Under the pieces are notes generated by a model that saw only the letters and a list, made by a program, of their open reading frames with translations, searched no databases and was not told where the DNA came from. A stretch of DNA of 64,000 nt from Mobula hypostoma (taxonomy: Eukaryota), in NCBI RefSeq assembly GCF_963921235.1, contig NC_086108.1, positions 103,542,001 through 103,606,000 on the forward strand, written 5' to 3'. Shown in pieces: positions 51,431-64,000 of this stretch (position 1 is the stretch's first letter; every line of letters starts with the position of its first letter). The position numbers were made by a program, and so were the translations under genes.

Positions 51431-54365
51431 CATAGAAACATAGAAAATAGGTGCAGGAGTAGGCCATTCGGCCCTTTGAGCCTGCACCGCCATTTATTAT
51501 GATCATCGCTGATCATCCAACTCAGAACCCTGCACCAGCCTTCCCTCCATACCCCCTGATCCCCGTAGCCACAAGGGCCATATCTAACTCCCTCTTAAAT
51601 ATAGCCAATGAACTGGCCTCAACTGTTTCCTGTGGCAGAGAATTCCACAGATTCACCACTCTCTGTGTGAAGAAGTTTTTCCTAATCTCGGTCCTAAAAG
51701 GCTTCCCCTTTATCCTCAAACTGTGACCCCTCGTTCTGGACTTCCCCAACATCGGGAACAATCTTCCTGCATCTAGCCTGTCCAATCCCTTTAGGATTTT
51801 ATACGTTTCAATCAGATCCCCCCTCAATCTTCTAAATTCCAACGAGTACAAGCCCAGTTCATCCAGTCTTTCTTCATATGAAAGTCCTGCCATCCCAGGA
51901 ATCAATCTGGTGAACCTTCTTTGTACTCCCTCTATGGCAAGGATGTCTTTCCTCAGATTAGGGGACCAAAACTGCACACAATACTCCAGGTGTGGTCTCA
52001 CCAAGGCCTTGTACAACTGCAGTAGTACCTCCCTGCTCCTGTACTCGAATCCTCTCGCTATAAATGCCAGCATACCATTCGCCTTTTTCACCGCCTGCTG
52101 TACCTGCATGCCCACTTTCAATGACTGGTGTATAATGACACCCAGGTCTCGTTGCACCTCCCCTTTTCCTAATCGGCCACCATTCAGATAATAATCTGTT
52201 TTCCTATTTTTGCCACCAAAGTGGATAATTTCACATTTATCCACATTAAATTGCATCTGCCATGAATTGGCCCACTCACCTAACCTATCCAAGTCACTCT
52301 GCATCCTCTTAGCATCCTCCTCACAGCTAACACTGCCGCCCAGCTTCGTGTCATCCGCAAACTTGGAGATGCTGCATTTAATTCCCTCATCCAAGTCATT
52401 AATATATATTGTAAACAACTGGGGTCCCAGCACTGAGCCTTGCGGTACCCCACTAGTCACCACCTGCCATTCTGAAAAGGTCCCGTTTATTCCCACTCTT
52501 TGCTTCCTGTCTGCTAACCAATTCTCTATCCACATCAATACCTTACCCCCAATACCGTGTGCTTTAAGTTTGCACACTAATCTCCTGTGTGGGACCTTGT
52601 CAAAAGCCTTTTGAAAATCCAAATATACCACATCCACTGGTTCTCCCCTATCCACTCTACTAGTTACATCCTCAAAAAATTCTATGAGATTCGTCAGACA
52701 TGATTTTCCTTTCACAAATCCATGCTGACTTTATCCGATGATTTTACCGCTTTCCAAATGTGCTGTTATCACATCTTTGATAACTGACTCCAGCAGTTTC
52801 CCCACCACCGACGTTAGGCTAACCGGTCTATAATTCCCTGGTTTCTTTCTCCCTCCATTTTTAAAAAGTGGGGTTACATTAGCCACCCTCCAATCCTCAG
52901 GAACTAGTCCAGAATCTAAGGAGTTTTGAAAAATTATCACTAATGCATCCACTATTTCTTGGGCTACTTCCTTAAGCACTCTGGGATGCAGACCATCTGG
53001 CCCTGGGGATTTATCTGCCTTTAATCTCTTCAATTTACCCAACACCACTTCCCTACTAACATGTACTTTGCTCAGTTCCTCCATCTCACTGGACCCTCTG
53101 TCCCCTACTATTTCTGGAAGATTATTTACGTCCTCCTTAGTGAAGACAGAACCAAAGTAATTATTCAATTGGTCTGCCATGTCCTTGCTCCCCATAATCA
53201 ATTCACCTGTTTCTGTCTGCAGGGGACCTACATTTGTTTTTACCAGTCTTTTCCTTTTCACATATCTATAAAAGCTTTTACAGTCCGTTTTTATGTTCCC
53301 TGCCAGTTTTCTCTCATAATCTTTTTTCCCCTTCCTAATTAAGCCCTTTGTCCTCCTCTGCTGAACTCTGAATTTCTCCCAGTCCTCAGGTGAGCCACTT
53401 TTTCTGGCTAATTTGTATGCTTCTTCTTTGGAATTGATACTATCCCTAATTTCTCTTGTCAGCCAGGGGTGCACTACCTTCCTTGATTTATTCTTTTGCC
53501 AAACTGGGATGAACAATTGTTGTAGTTCATCCATGCAATCTTTAAATGCTTGCCATTGCATATCCACCGTCAACCCTTTAAGTGTCATTTGCCAGTCTAT
53601 CTTAGCTAATTCACGTCTCATACCTTCAAAGTTACCCCTCTTTAAGTTCAGAACCTTTGTTTCTGAATTAACTATGTCACTCTCCATCTTAATGAAGAAT
53701 TCCACCATATTATGGTCACTCTTACCCAAGGGGCCTCTCACGACAAGATTGCTAATTAACCCTTCCTCATTGCTCAAAACCCAGTCTAGAATAGCCTGCT
53801 CTCTAGTTGGTTCCTCAACATGTTGGTTCAAAAAACCATCCCGCATGCATTCCAAGAAATCCTCTTCCTCAGCACCTTTACCAATTTGGTTCACCCAATC
53901 TACATGTGGATTGAAGTCACCTATTATAACTGCTGTTCCTTTATTGCACACATTTCTAATTTCCTGTTTAATACCATCTCCGACCTCACTACTACTGTTA
54001 GGTGGCCTGTACACAACTCCCACCAGTGTTTTCTGCCCCTTAGTGTTATGCAGCTCTACCCATATCGATTCCACATCTTCCTGGCTTATGTCCTTCCTTT
54101 CTATTGCGTTAATCTCTTTTTTAACCAGCAACGCCACCCCACCTCCCCTTCCTTCATGTCTATCCCTCCTGAATATTGAACATCCCTGAACGTTGAGCTC
54201 CCATCCTTGGTCACCCTGGAGCCATGTCTCTGTGATCCCAACTATATCATAATCATTAATAACAATCTGCACTTTCAATTCATCCACCTTGTTACAAATG
54301 CTCCTTGCATTGACACACAAAGCCTTCAGGCGCTCTTTTACAAGTCTCTTAGCCCTTATACAATT
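51431..54365 (-). mobile_element. Second young CR1 copy of the same subfamily, with nearly complete ORF2 and one CAA>TAA stop at 52731-52733
   Basis: Near-identical to 39764..42572. ORFs 52731..55391 and 51522..52715 are in the same frame. Includes the APE N-terminus (LCVNARSICNK). Confidence 0.95.
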
Positions 54366-55481
54366 ATGTATGGACATATCCGAATGGGAAGCAGAGTTGA
54401 AGTGGGTGGCTACTGGGAGATCCTGTCTGTTTTGGCAGACGGAGCGGAGGTGCTCGACGAAGCGGTCCCCCAATCTGCATCGGGTTTCACCGATGTAGAG
54501 GAGGCCGCACCGGGAGCACCAGATGCAATAGATGACCCCAACAGACTCACAAGTGAAGTGTTGCCTCACTTGGAAGTACTGTTTGGGGCCCTGAATGGTG
54601 GCAAGAGATGAGGTGTGGGGACAGGTGTAGCACTTGCGCTTACAGGGATAAGTGCCAGGTGGGAGATCCGTGGGGATGGACGTGTGGACCAGGGAGTCGC
54701 GGAGGGACCGATCCCTGCGGAAGGCGGAGAGGGGTGGAAAGGGAAAGATGTACTTAGTGATGGGGTCCTGTTGAAGGTGGCGGAAGTTGCGGAGGATAAT
54801 GTGCTGGATCCGGAGGCTGGTGGGGTGGTAGGTGAGGACAAGAGGAACTCTGTCCCTGTTGTGGTGGTGGGAGGATGGGGTGAGGGCCGAAGTGCGGGAA
54901 ATGGAGGAGATGCCAGTGAGGGCATCATTGATGACAGCAGAAGAGAAACCACGATCCTTAAAGAAAGAGGACATTTGAGATGTCCTGGAACGGAAAACCT
55001 CATCCTTGGAGCAGATGCGGCGGAGATGGAGGAACTGGGAATAGGGAATGGTATTTTTGCATGTGGCGGGGTGGGAAGAGGTATAGTTGAGGTAGTTATG
55101 AGAGTCAGTGGGCTTGTAGAAGATGTCAGTGGACAGTCCGTCTCCAGAGATGGAGACCGAGAGATCGAGAAAGGGGAGAGAAGTGTCCGAGATAGACCAA
55201 GTGAATTTGAGGGCTGGGTGGAAGTTAGAAGTAAAGTCGATGAAATTGACGAGCTCAGCATGCGTGCAGGAAGCAGCACCAATGTAGTTGTCAATGTACC
55301 GAAGGAAAAGTTGGGGAGCAGTACCAGAATAGCTTTGGAGCACAGACTGTTCCACATAACCAACGAAGAGGCAGGCATAGCTAGGGAACACAGACGGTGG
55401 AACTTAATTTGGCAGCCTAGAAAGGAAAGTACCCATACTAACCATAGAACACCCTGCCAAGGATATTGGTAGTGACAGACA

Positions 55482-55553
55482 CAATACTGTGCAAAAGTCT
55501 TAGGCACTTATACAGTATATAGTTAGGGTGCCTAAGACTTTTGCATAGTACTG
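55482..55553. mobile_element. Tiny palindromic Tc1-like MITE; decayed sister at ~55908..55975
   Basis: TIR caatactgtgcaaaagtcttaggcac / gtgcctaagacttttgcatagtactg. Confidence 0.7.
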
Positions 55554-56972
55554 TATTTGTTAACGTGGAGCAGAGAGTGTGTTTCTAAATCTCGTAGAAG
55601 CGAAGGATGTTGAGAATGGTGAGGGTGGCGCACTGCGGCAGGGGTGTGGAACAGGTGGCAGAAGAGTGCCAACACACCCAGCCCTGAGACACCAGGCAAG
55701 GCCATTTGATTCCAGACAGTTGGTTTATTGATCATTACAGAATGTCTCTCTGGTGCTTCCTGCTTCCCCCCCCCCCCGCTTCCTTCCTACTTCCCATTCT
55801 CAGTCCACAATAGAAACCTGTATCAGAATTGGGTTTATGATCACTCACATGTCATGAAATTAATTCTTTGTTTGCGACAGCAGTACAGTGCAAGACATGA
55901 AATTACTGCAGCACTGTGCAAAAGTCTTAGGCACTCTAACTACATATATGTACCTATGACATTTGCAGTCCTGTACATTAGAGGCATTTAACAATGTCTT
56001 AGGCACGTAAATGATAGAAAAATGGAAGGCTATGTAGGAGGGAAGGATTAGATTGCTCTTAGAGCAGGTTAAAAGGTTGGTACAACATCATGGGCTAAAG
56101 GACCTTGTACTATGTTTAAGTGTTCCATGTTATAACCAGGTCCATTGTCACAAAATCATGGAGGATGATACAAGGTTGCTCCATCCAAAACTTTGTGCTC
56201 TAAAGGCCAAAATTGACACTTCCTATTGGGGACAAGGGCTGGGGAAATGTTGGATTGGTCTTTCATGAGGCCACAATTTTATTTATTTTAATTTATTTTT
56301 TATTTAGAGATACAATGAGCCACACCACCCAACAACCCCAATATATTCCTAATCATGGAACAATTTACACTGGCCAATTAACTTACTTGGGACATCCCTG
56401 GATTATGGGAGGAAACCGCAGGACCTGGAAAAACCCCACGCATTCCATGAGTAGGAGATTCCTTATAACCACATAACAATTACAGCACGGAAACAGGCCA
56501 TCTCGGCCCTTCTAGTTCGTGCCGAACTCTTACCCTCTCCTATTCCCACCGACCTGCACTCAGCCCATAACCCTAAATTCCTTTCTTGTCCATATATCTA
56601 TCCAATTTAACTTTAAATGACAACATAGAACCTGCCTCAACCACTTCTGCTGGAAGCTCGTTCCACACAGCTACCACTCTCAGTAAAGAAGTTCCCCCTC
56701 ATGTTACCCCTAAACTTTTGTCCTCTAACTCTCAACTCATGTTCTCTTGTTTGAATCTTCCCCACTCTCAATGGAAAAAGTCTAACCATGTCAACTCTAT
56801 CAATCCCCCTCAATATTTTAAACACCCTTATCAAGCCCCCCACCCCCCCACCGGAATTGAACTCTGAATTGAGACGTCCCGAGATGTAATAGCATAGTGC
56901 TAACCGCTACATTTCATGCACCTTTCCATTGAAAACAAAAGCCAATGGCTTTCATTAAGAATAGGAAGTTAC

Positions 56973-57099
56973 CTGTAGAACAACACATAAGCCTCTGCAT
57001 TCTGCACAGTCGACTCAGACACTTCCGACACAGTTTGGTCATCAAACTCATACCATCGACCATTCAGCTCATTTAGACAAAAAGCAGTGTAATGGCCAC
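56973..57099 (-). CDS. USP33: USP33 coding exon (127 nt): (C)[41 protein letters not shown](R); catalytic His box and the WYEFDD Asp
   Basis: Within ORF 56969..57205; acceptor ctacag|GT, donor ACAG|gtaact; phase 1 to 2. Confidence 0.96.
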
Positions 57100-60000
57100 C
57101 TGTAGTGAGAAAACAAAATGAGAAATCTAAACTGGAGCAAACGCTTTGCAATCTTAAAATTAGGTACACTGAGAAAAGCACTATTAAATAAACCTCCTTG
57201 GCCACTGGCTTAGCGTTTACTATTAGTACGTAGGGAATATGACCAGGACTCCTGCATACTTATGAATTTGGTAACAATTTTCCACAGGTGGCAAGTAAAA
57301 GCTCAATTCTCTATTCTCCCAGAGATCCAAGGAGAGAAATTAAGAGATATAGAACTTCAGCGACTATGATTAAAAACGTATCCCTTGCCTTCATCTGTCT
57401 TGGTTATATTTACTGCTTTAATAAATTTATTTATTTATTGAGACACAGTGTGGAATAGGCCCTTCAAGCCCTTTGAACCATGCTACCCAGAAGCCCCCGA
57501 TTTAAACCTAGCCTAATCATGGGACAATTTACAATGACCATAAAACACACTAACCAGTACGTCTTTGGACTAACAGAGGAAACTGAAGCACCCAGAGAAA
57601 ACTATGCACTCTACATTTCTGATCTGGCTATTGTTCACGGTTGCACTTAATGAAACAAAGGAACCAGTTTCCCATTTACGTACTCACTCTATACTTCTCG
57701 CTGCCTCAGTAAAGCAGCCAGCATAATCAAATATCCCATCCACCCTGGACATTCTCATTTCCCCCCTCCATCCCATTGGGCAGAAGGTACAAAAGCCTGA
57801 AAACACTATTCTCAAAAATGCTTCTATCCTGCTGTTATCAAACTTTTGAACGGACCTCCTGAACAATGTCTTAAATTATTCTTATGTGGTATAACTACTG
57901 ATCATTTACTTCAATTCCAATAATGTTTATGTCCCCAACTGTTAGAGACAATGAATTTAAAAAAAATTTCCGATGGCTTTTGTAGCTGTGGGGCATGGCT
58001 TTGTTGCCTGTCCATAATTCCAGGGCAGTTCTGAAGATGGATCCTCCACATTGAAGAACCTACCAAACTCCAAGCCACATTACTACCATTAGGATGCCTG
58101 AATATGTTTGGCTGCAACCTACCTTCATGTGCTCATTAATTCCACCCATCCACCTACACACCAGGAGCAATTACAGTAACCAGTTAACCTGCAAATGAGC
58201 CTATCTTTGGGATCTGGGAAGAAACCAGGGCACCTGGAGGGAAACCCACATGATCATAGAAAACCACTACACAGAAACAGTCCCTTTGGTCCATCCAGTC
58301 CATGCTGGACCAGTCTTCTGCCAAGTCCCATCAACCTGCAACTGAATCAGAATTGGCCATACCTCTCTCATCCATGTACTTATGCAAACTTCTCTTAACG
58401 TTACAATTGAACCCACATCCGCTACTTTGCTGTCAGTTCATTCGACATTCTCAACACCCTGAGTGAAGTTTTGCCTCAGATTCCACTTGAACATTTCACC
58501 TTTTGCCCTAAATCTATGTCCTCTAGTTCTAGTCTCACCCAGCCTGAGAGAGGAAAGACCTGCATGCTTTCACCAAGGCCTCCATTGGACAGGGTCAACC
58601 ATGGATGTCGCGTCCTGGCTATCTAGGTATGTAAGCCAGGGCAGTACAATATGGAGAGCAAGCTGCTGCTCTTGTAGCAAGCTCCCCATCTCCATGCTTC
58701 TGATGAACCCAAAGGAATGGCAGAGGCTGATACGGTTTGGCACCAGGAGCGATGCAGGAGTTGTAATCAGTGTTGAACTCAACGTAAGACTCCAGCTCCA
58801 CATTTTTCCTGCAGAGGTCACTCCCGAAGCCTTCCCCATGAGTGGGTATAACTGCAAGGCAGCAAAGATTGGAGTTCAGAGTTTTCCTTCTCCTAGATGA
58901 GCTGCCAACCATGGCTGATGAGCCTCATCTACCCTATCTATATCCCTCATAATTGGGTATTCCTCTTTAAGTTCTCCCCCTTATTCATCTGCACTCCAGG
59001 GAATAAAGTCCCAACTTATTCAACCTTTCCTTTTAACTCAGATCCTCAAGTCCTGGCAATGTCTGTCTAAGGGAGAATGTGCAATCAGAATCAGAACCAG
59101 GTTTACTATCACCAGCATGTGTTGTGAAATTTGTTAACTTAACAGCAGCAATTCAATGCAATACATAACACGGGAAAAAAAATAAACAAGTGAATTAATT
59201 ACAATCTACATATATTGAATAGATTAAAAATCGTGCAAAAACGTATATTAAAAAAGTGAGGTAGTGTTCATGGGTTCAATGTCTATTTAGGACTCAGGTG
59301 GTAGAGGGGAAGAAGCTGTTACTGATGGTAACAGTGAGAAAAGGGCATGCCCTGGGTGTTGGAGATCCTTAATAATGGACGCTGCCTTTCTGAGACACCG
59401 CTCCTTGAAGGTGCCCTGGGTACTTTGTAGGCTAGTGGCCGAGATGGAACCGACCAAATTTAAGACCCTCTGCAGCTTCTTTCAGTCCTGAGCAGTAGCC
59501 TCTCCATCCCAGACAGTGATGCTTCACATAGTTAGTACTGGAGACCAGGATTAAATGAAAGTCATTGGAACTGTGTGGCACCCCTGTGCCAGTCTGAAGT
59601 TCACCACCTCTGAACCATGGTATAATGCAAAGGGGAAATCAAAGACAATGCTGGACAAAGAAATCCTGGTTAGCAATATCTAATTTTTACATTTACTTCA
59701 TTAGCTAGCTGCAGAAAGAAACAAAGAAGAGTCTCAGCCTGAAACGTCGACTATCTATTCATTTCCATAGATGCTGCCTGACCTGCTGAATTTCTCCAGC
59801 ATTTTGTGTGTGTTACTTTGGATTCCCAGCATCTGCAAACTTTCTTGTGCTTACATTTAAAAGACATTAACTTGGATTAAAAACATTTTTAAATGCAACT
59901 ATCATTCTACATCAATGATCTGTAAACAGAAACGGCAGGAGCAAAATATAGACCAAAATAATGTGATAAATTATTACTCTTCATGGAGTACTCAGAGGCT

Positions 60001-60125
60001 TTTAAGCATGAGTGGTTAGTACTCAATATGTTGATTTAAAACAGTTATATTATTTTTTCCAAAAATACTACAGCTCCATTGTGGCTTTAAGACATTATAC
60101 TGAAATCTCAATCAAGTATACTCAC

Positions 60126-60306
60126 AACTGGCTGTACCATGATGGCAGATAACCGATAAAAGTTCATACGTTGTGATTTGAGAAGGGCTGTCTTTAGCAA
60201 GGAAAGGCTGAAGGTCAAGTCCTTCCAATGGGAATGACACATGGTTGTTGATTTTGGTGGAAAACATGAGTTCGTGTCTGAATCGCTTCAAATGAATGCA
60301 TAAAAT
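60126..60306 (-). CDS. USP33: USP33 internal coding exon (181 nt): [63 protein letters not shown] catalytic domain. Upstream exons were not found in the window.
   Basis: Manual reverse-complement translation; acceptor tttgtag|ATT, donor AGTT|gtgagt; HLKRF and VICHHG USP motifs; phase 0 to 1. Confidence 0.95.
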
Positions 60307-61321
60307 CTACAAACAAAAATGTGCAATTATGATTTTATCTTTCAAAATCTTCAATTACAATTCATTAATTTAAAAACTGAATTACTTAAGGAACTAATTA
60401 TGAAAGACACACTCCAAACTATGATCCCATAAACCGAGGTGATCTCAATTACTTCTTTACATCTTGGAGTGGGGTATGAAACCACGACTTTCAACTCAAG
60501 TGTGAAACAAGATTTTACCAGCAGGATGGATAATGACCAACCTCCATTATCTAATTTGCAATGGGAATTCATGGAAATCAATATTGATATTTCTGATTTC
60601 CAATATGCTTCAGTACCCAAACCACTAAAGTATCAAGCTGGAGAACTGCCCCAGATTAGTGGCTGAGTGTTAGACTTTTTGACCTGTGGAGCAACTCTGG
60701 GAGCAAACAAGGGAGCCCCTGCATCCACCTTTTAATGCAAGTATATTCCTGCAATTACAACTCAGCAAGAAACCTTGCAAAATCCAATTCACAAACAAAA
60801 CTTGTACCTAGACTGGAAAACTGTCCCACAGATGGCTCAAGCAACAGCCTGAAGTAGTTTTACTTATAGAATCATACCTTATGGACAACAGGCTAAACTC
60901 CTTCATAACAATCCCAGGGTCTGTCTGGTTCTGCCAGCTGCAGCCACCAGAGGTGGCTTTCGGATTAGCATTAGTGTACAGGCAAGTTAGAAGTAGCTCT
61001 GAGAGCCCTCAATACTGATTCCAGATTTCATGAAGTCAGGGATGGCATCTGATCAAACATGGCCAAAGGAACCTTCCCCTTTATTACCGATCGTCCCCCT
61101 TCAGTTGATGTATCATTGTGCCTCCATGTTGAAAAGTATTTGGAAGCAGCAGCAAGGGTAGAACCACTTATGACTGACTCCGAACACAAATGGCTACCAG
61201 ACTGCACACACCAAATGCTGGAAGAACTCAGCAGGCAAGGCAGCATCTATGGAAAAAACTGGTTCAGAGCCAGGTAGTGACTGAATCTGATTGACCTCAA
61301 CCTCACCAACATAATTGTGGC

Positions 61322-61752
61322 TTAGCTACTAAGCCCAATGGAACAGCTTCTACTGACAGGAGAAGAGCAAAGGCAGGTTACTGGAGCCTTAAAGCCAGTT
61401 GATCCGGGCAGATGGACCTCATAAGCATTGGTTGGCAGCTCACCTAGGAGAAGAAAAATTCTGATCTCAAACCTCTGCTCCCTTGCAGCTATCTCACTCA
61501 TGGAGAAGGCTTCAGCTGTAAACCCCAAGGGTAAAATCTGGAGCTGGAGTCCCTAAAGCAGTCCTGACCAGTAGACTTTGCGACACTGCTGGTGCCAAAT
61601 TGTATCAGTCTCTGCTTTGGATTCATCAGATGCATGGAGAGGGGGAGTCTGCTACATGGATACACCTTGTTCTCCTATTGTACTGCCCTGGCTTGTGTGT
61701 CTAGACAACTAGGACACAACATCCATAGTTGACTCTGACCAACAGAAGCCTC
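61322..61752 (+). mobile_element. Non-autonomous, probably RTE-related element; second copy at ~58570..58935 on the minus strand
   Basis: The two copies share ggcagctcaYctaggagaagRaaaaYtctga, which resembles RTE-type 5'UTRs, and a common 3' end. Confidence 0.6.
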
Positions 61753-63266
61753 AGAGTAAAGTGTACTGAAATGAAATGACGCAGCACGAGAAGCACTGCC
61801 AAGAATTGATCCTGGTTTTAGGAGAAGCGCAGAACCACATGGCAGAAGCAGCGCAACTAAAACTGAGAAGTTAACGGAGTCAAGATGCACCACAGGGATG
61901 CAGATGTGCTAGACATAGAAAAACAAAATGGAATAGGGAGAGCCAAGTGATCTTATACCTTAAGCAATCAGTTTGAAATACTGGTCATGCTGCATCGATT
62001 CACAGATAGTGGTGGACAATTAAGTGGCTATCAGGCAAAAAAAATATAACTCCAAGGTCATTAGCTAAACAGCAGCAAAGTGATGGCAAGGTTTGTCAGT
62101 GATGATATCAAGTAAACCTCCACTCATCAATAATTCAATCACTGCTGTGAAAAACCAAAATAATTGCAGATACTGGAAATTTTTTTATTATGATGATGTG
62201 TGTCAAGGTATTGGGTGGCGGGGCAGAGATATGTCTCTACCAAAGGAGATGCAAGTCATTCTTGTCTCGCTAGACTGCAGGTTATCCTTGGGCAAGTGTA
62301 GCACCTGCTTAGCCCCCCAATCAGGGCCATGTGAAGCCCTGGGAGCAGGTGGTAGGTGGTCGTATGAGCAGTTGATGCATATCACAAATCTTGGGTATGC
62401 GACCACTGACACCAGGCAGACAAGCTCTTAAGAGTACTCATAATGGCTGGGGTCACCCATCTTGTAAAGACACTACTCAGAAGAGGTAATGTAAAATATT
62501 TGCCAAAAACAATCATGGTCACCCATGTCATTTAACACAGCACATAATGATGATGACGTACAGTTGAGGAATTATATGCAGAATTAAAAGGGCTAAAACC
62601 TAACTGACTTATTGGCAGCTTTACAAGTTGTGCTGTGAAAATAATGTATGAACAAAGAAGTGTTTCTTGCATGAGAAAGCTGCTCTGTGTACCCTCATCA
62701 AAGTATGTATGTGATAACGGACGTATAACAGCAGCTCAGACAGTACTCAGGTGCTCACTGGATTTGCAGATTTTCCCAAGCTCTGTGAGCAGGACTCTGT
62801 AGTTTAACTGAGTGACGAAAGCTTGCTGATAAACAGTATGTAATTTTAATAATTGTGTTTGACAATTATTCCCTGGGTCTGAACCTAAAGTCCTCTAATA
62901 GAGGCAGTTCAACACAGTGAAAACCTTGGCTTGCATACTGCTCAAATAGATCAACTGATTGAGCACATCTGCATGAAAGATTGCTATAGAAAAGCAGCAT
63001 CCATCATCAAAGATCCTCATCACCCACAGCATACCCTTTTCTCGCTGCTGCTATCGGGTAGAAATGCCTCAGGACTCGCACCACAGACTTGCAAGAACAG
63101 TTACTACCCCTCAACCATCAGGCTCTTGAATAAAAGGGGATAACTACACTCATTCTATTTCTGATGTTCTCACAACCGATGATTTCACATTAAGGACTCT
63201 TTATCTTGTTATTTCATACTCGTTATTTAATGCTATTTACTTATATTTGCAGTTTGTTTTTCATTG

Positions 63267-63931
63267 GAGGAGAAGAAGATGGCGGCGTGACACAGCATGC
63301 AGCGGCCACTCCGGTGAATGATATCTGTTATCTGTCAAGTAGGGTGCCGTGCACAATCCTGATTTGATGGAGACAGACATGAGAGCACGGAGGAACATCT
63401 GGAGAAACTTCTGAAATGCCTTCTTTGCTGCTGTTGCTACTGTGTGATCCAGAATCTCCAGAGGAGAAGGCCCCGAGACCTCGGCTTTGTTTGTTGCTCG
63501 GTGGCTGGGGCGGGGTCGAAGCGCTCAGCAGAGATGGTGCTCGTGTCGGAGGCTCGAAGTTTTCGGATGGACTCAGAGTCGGCTGTGGTCAGGTGCTTCC
63601 AAAGCATCGGCAGTTGTCAGTGCCTGGAGGTTTATGGCAGGGAGAGCTTCTCCCTTTTGCCTCCTGCTATCAGGACTATCGGGAGTCGATTGGAACTTTG
63701 AGACTTTTTTTTTACCGTGCCCATGGTCTGCTCTTTATCAAATTATGGTATTGCTTTGCACTGCTGTAACTATATGTTATAATTATGTGGTCTTGTCAGT
63801 GTTAGTCTTTGGTTTGTCCTGTTTTTTTTTGTGATATCACTCTGAAGGAACATTGTATCAGTTCTTAATGCATGCATTTCTAAATGACAATAAATGAGGA
63901 CTAAGTGCCCTCATAATCTAATCTAATATAA
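63267..63931 (+). mobile_element. Same ~670-bp element, copy 2, with 6-bp TSD tcattg
   Basis: tcattg at 63261-63266 and 63932-63937. Confidence 0.85.
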
Positions 63932-64000
63932 TCATTGATCCTGTTTAATAGCTACTGTTCTATAGATTTGCTGAGAATGCCAGCAGGAAGAAGAAACCCT

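Larger units (their letters stand above)
50955..55390 (-). mobile_element. Penelope-like element (RT C-terminal part, GIY-YIG endonuclease and terminal repeat), interrupted by the CR1 at 51431..54365
   Basis: PSYACLF, LRYIDN, PFLD, YKPTD RT motifs; GVIYCIWCSRCGLLYIGET...RFVEH GIY-YIG. The sequence rejoins across the CR1 as ...DMSIH|GLLYCHDE. Confidence 0.92.

Noticed and set aside
53413..55507. Long antisense or alternate-frame ORFs (258, 285 and 313 aa)
   Set aside because: Shadow frames of young CR1 and Penelope ORFs, with no independent motifs.
12438..60306. Calling the gene USP20
   Set aside because: Diagnostic stretches ([49 protein letters not shown]) fit USP33 better as I recall the paralogues.
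60307..64000. Search for the next upstream USP33 exon (LRNGVK-like)
   Set aside because: No convincing match by eye; it probably lies beyond the window.

Overview
Eukaryotic, repeat-rich vertebrate DNA, most likely from a cartilaginous fish (ray or shark). That taxon is inferred from HE1/V-SINE-like SINEs, CR1 LINEs, Rex1/Babar LINEs and Penelope-like elements. The only host gene found is the 3' part of USP33 on the minus strand: 8 coding exons (60306 down to 12438) with canonical GT-AG sites and consistent phases, totalling 996 nt (331 aa plus stop). They cover the end of the USP catalytic domain with the His box, plus the two DUSP domains. A probable ~2.4 kb 3'UTR follows. The rest is transposable elements. 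Highlights: (1) many Penelope terminal repeats carry minimal hammerhead-ribozyme motifs; (2) several Penelope insertions are fold-back palindromes with TSDs whose turning points sit on the element's own hairpins; (3) two near-identical young CR1 copies, one with an uninterrupted 908-codon ORF and one fused in frame to a Penelope RT/GIY-YIG ORF; (4) a three-level CR1>RTE>CR1 nest; (5) an apparent L1 3' transduction. I found no clearly new biological system. Repeat family names come from recalled motifs, not database searches, and repeat boundaries are approximate unless TSDs are given.
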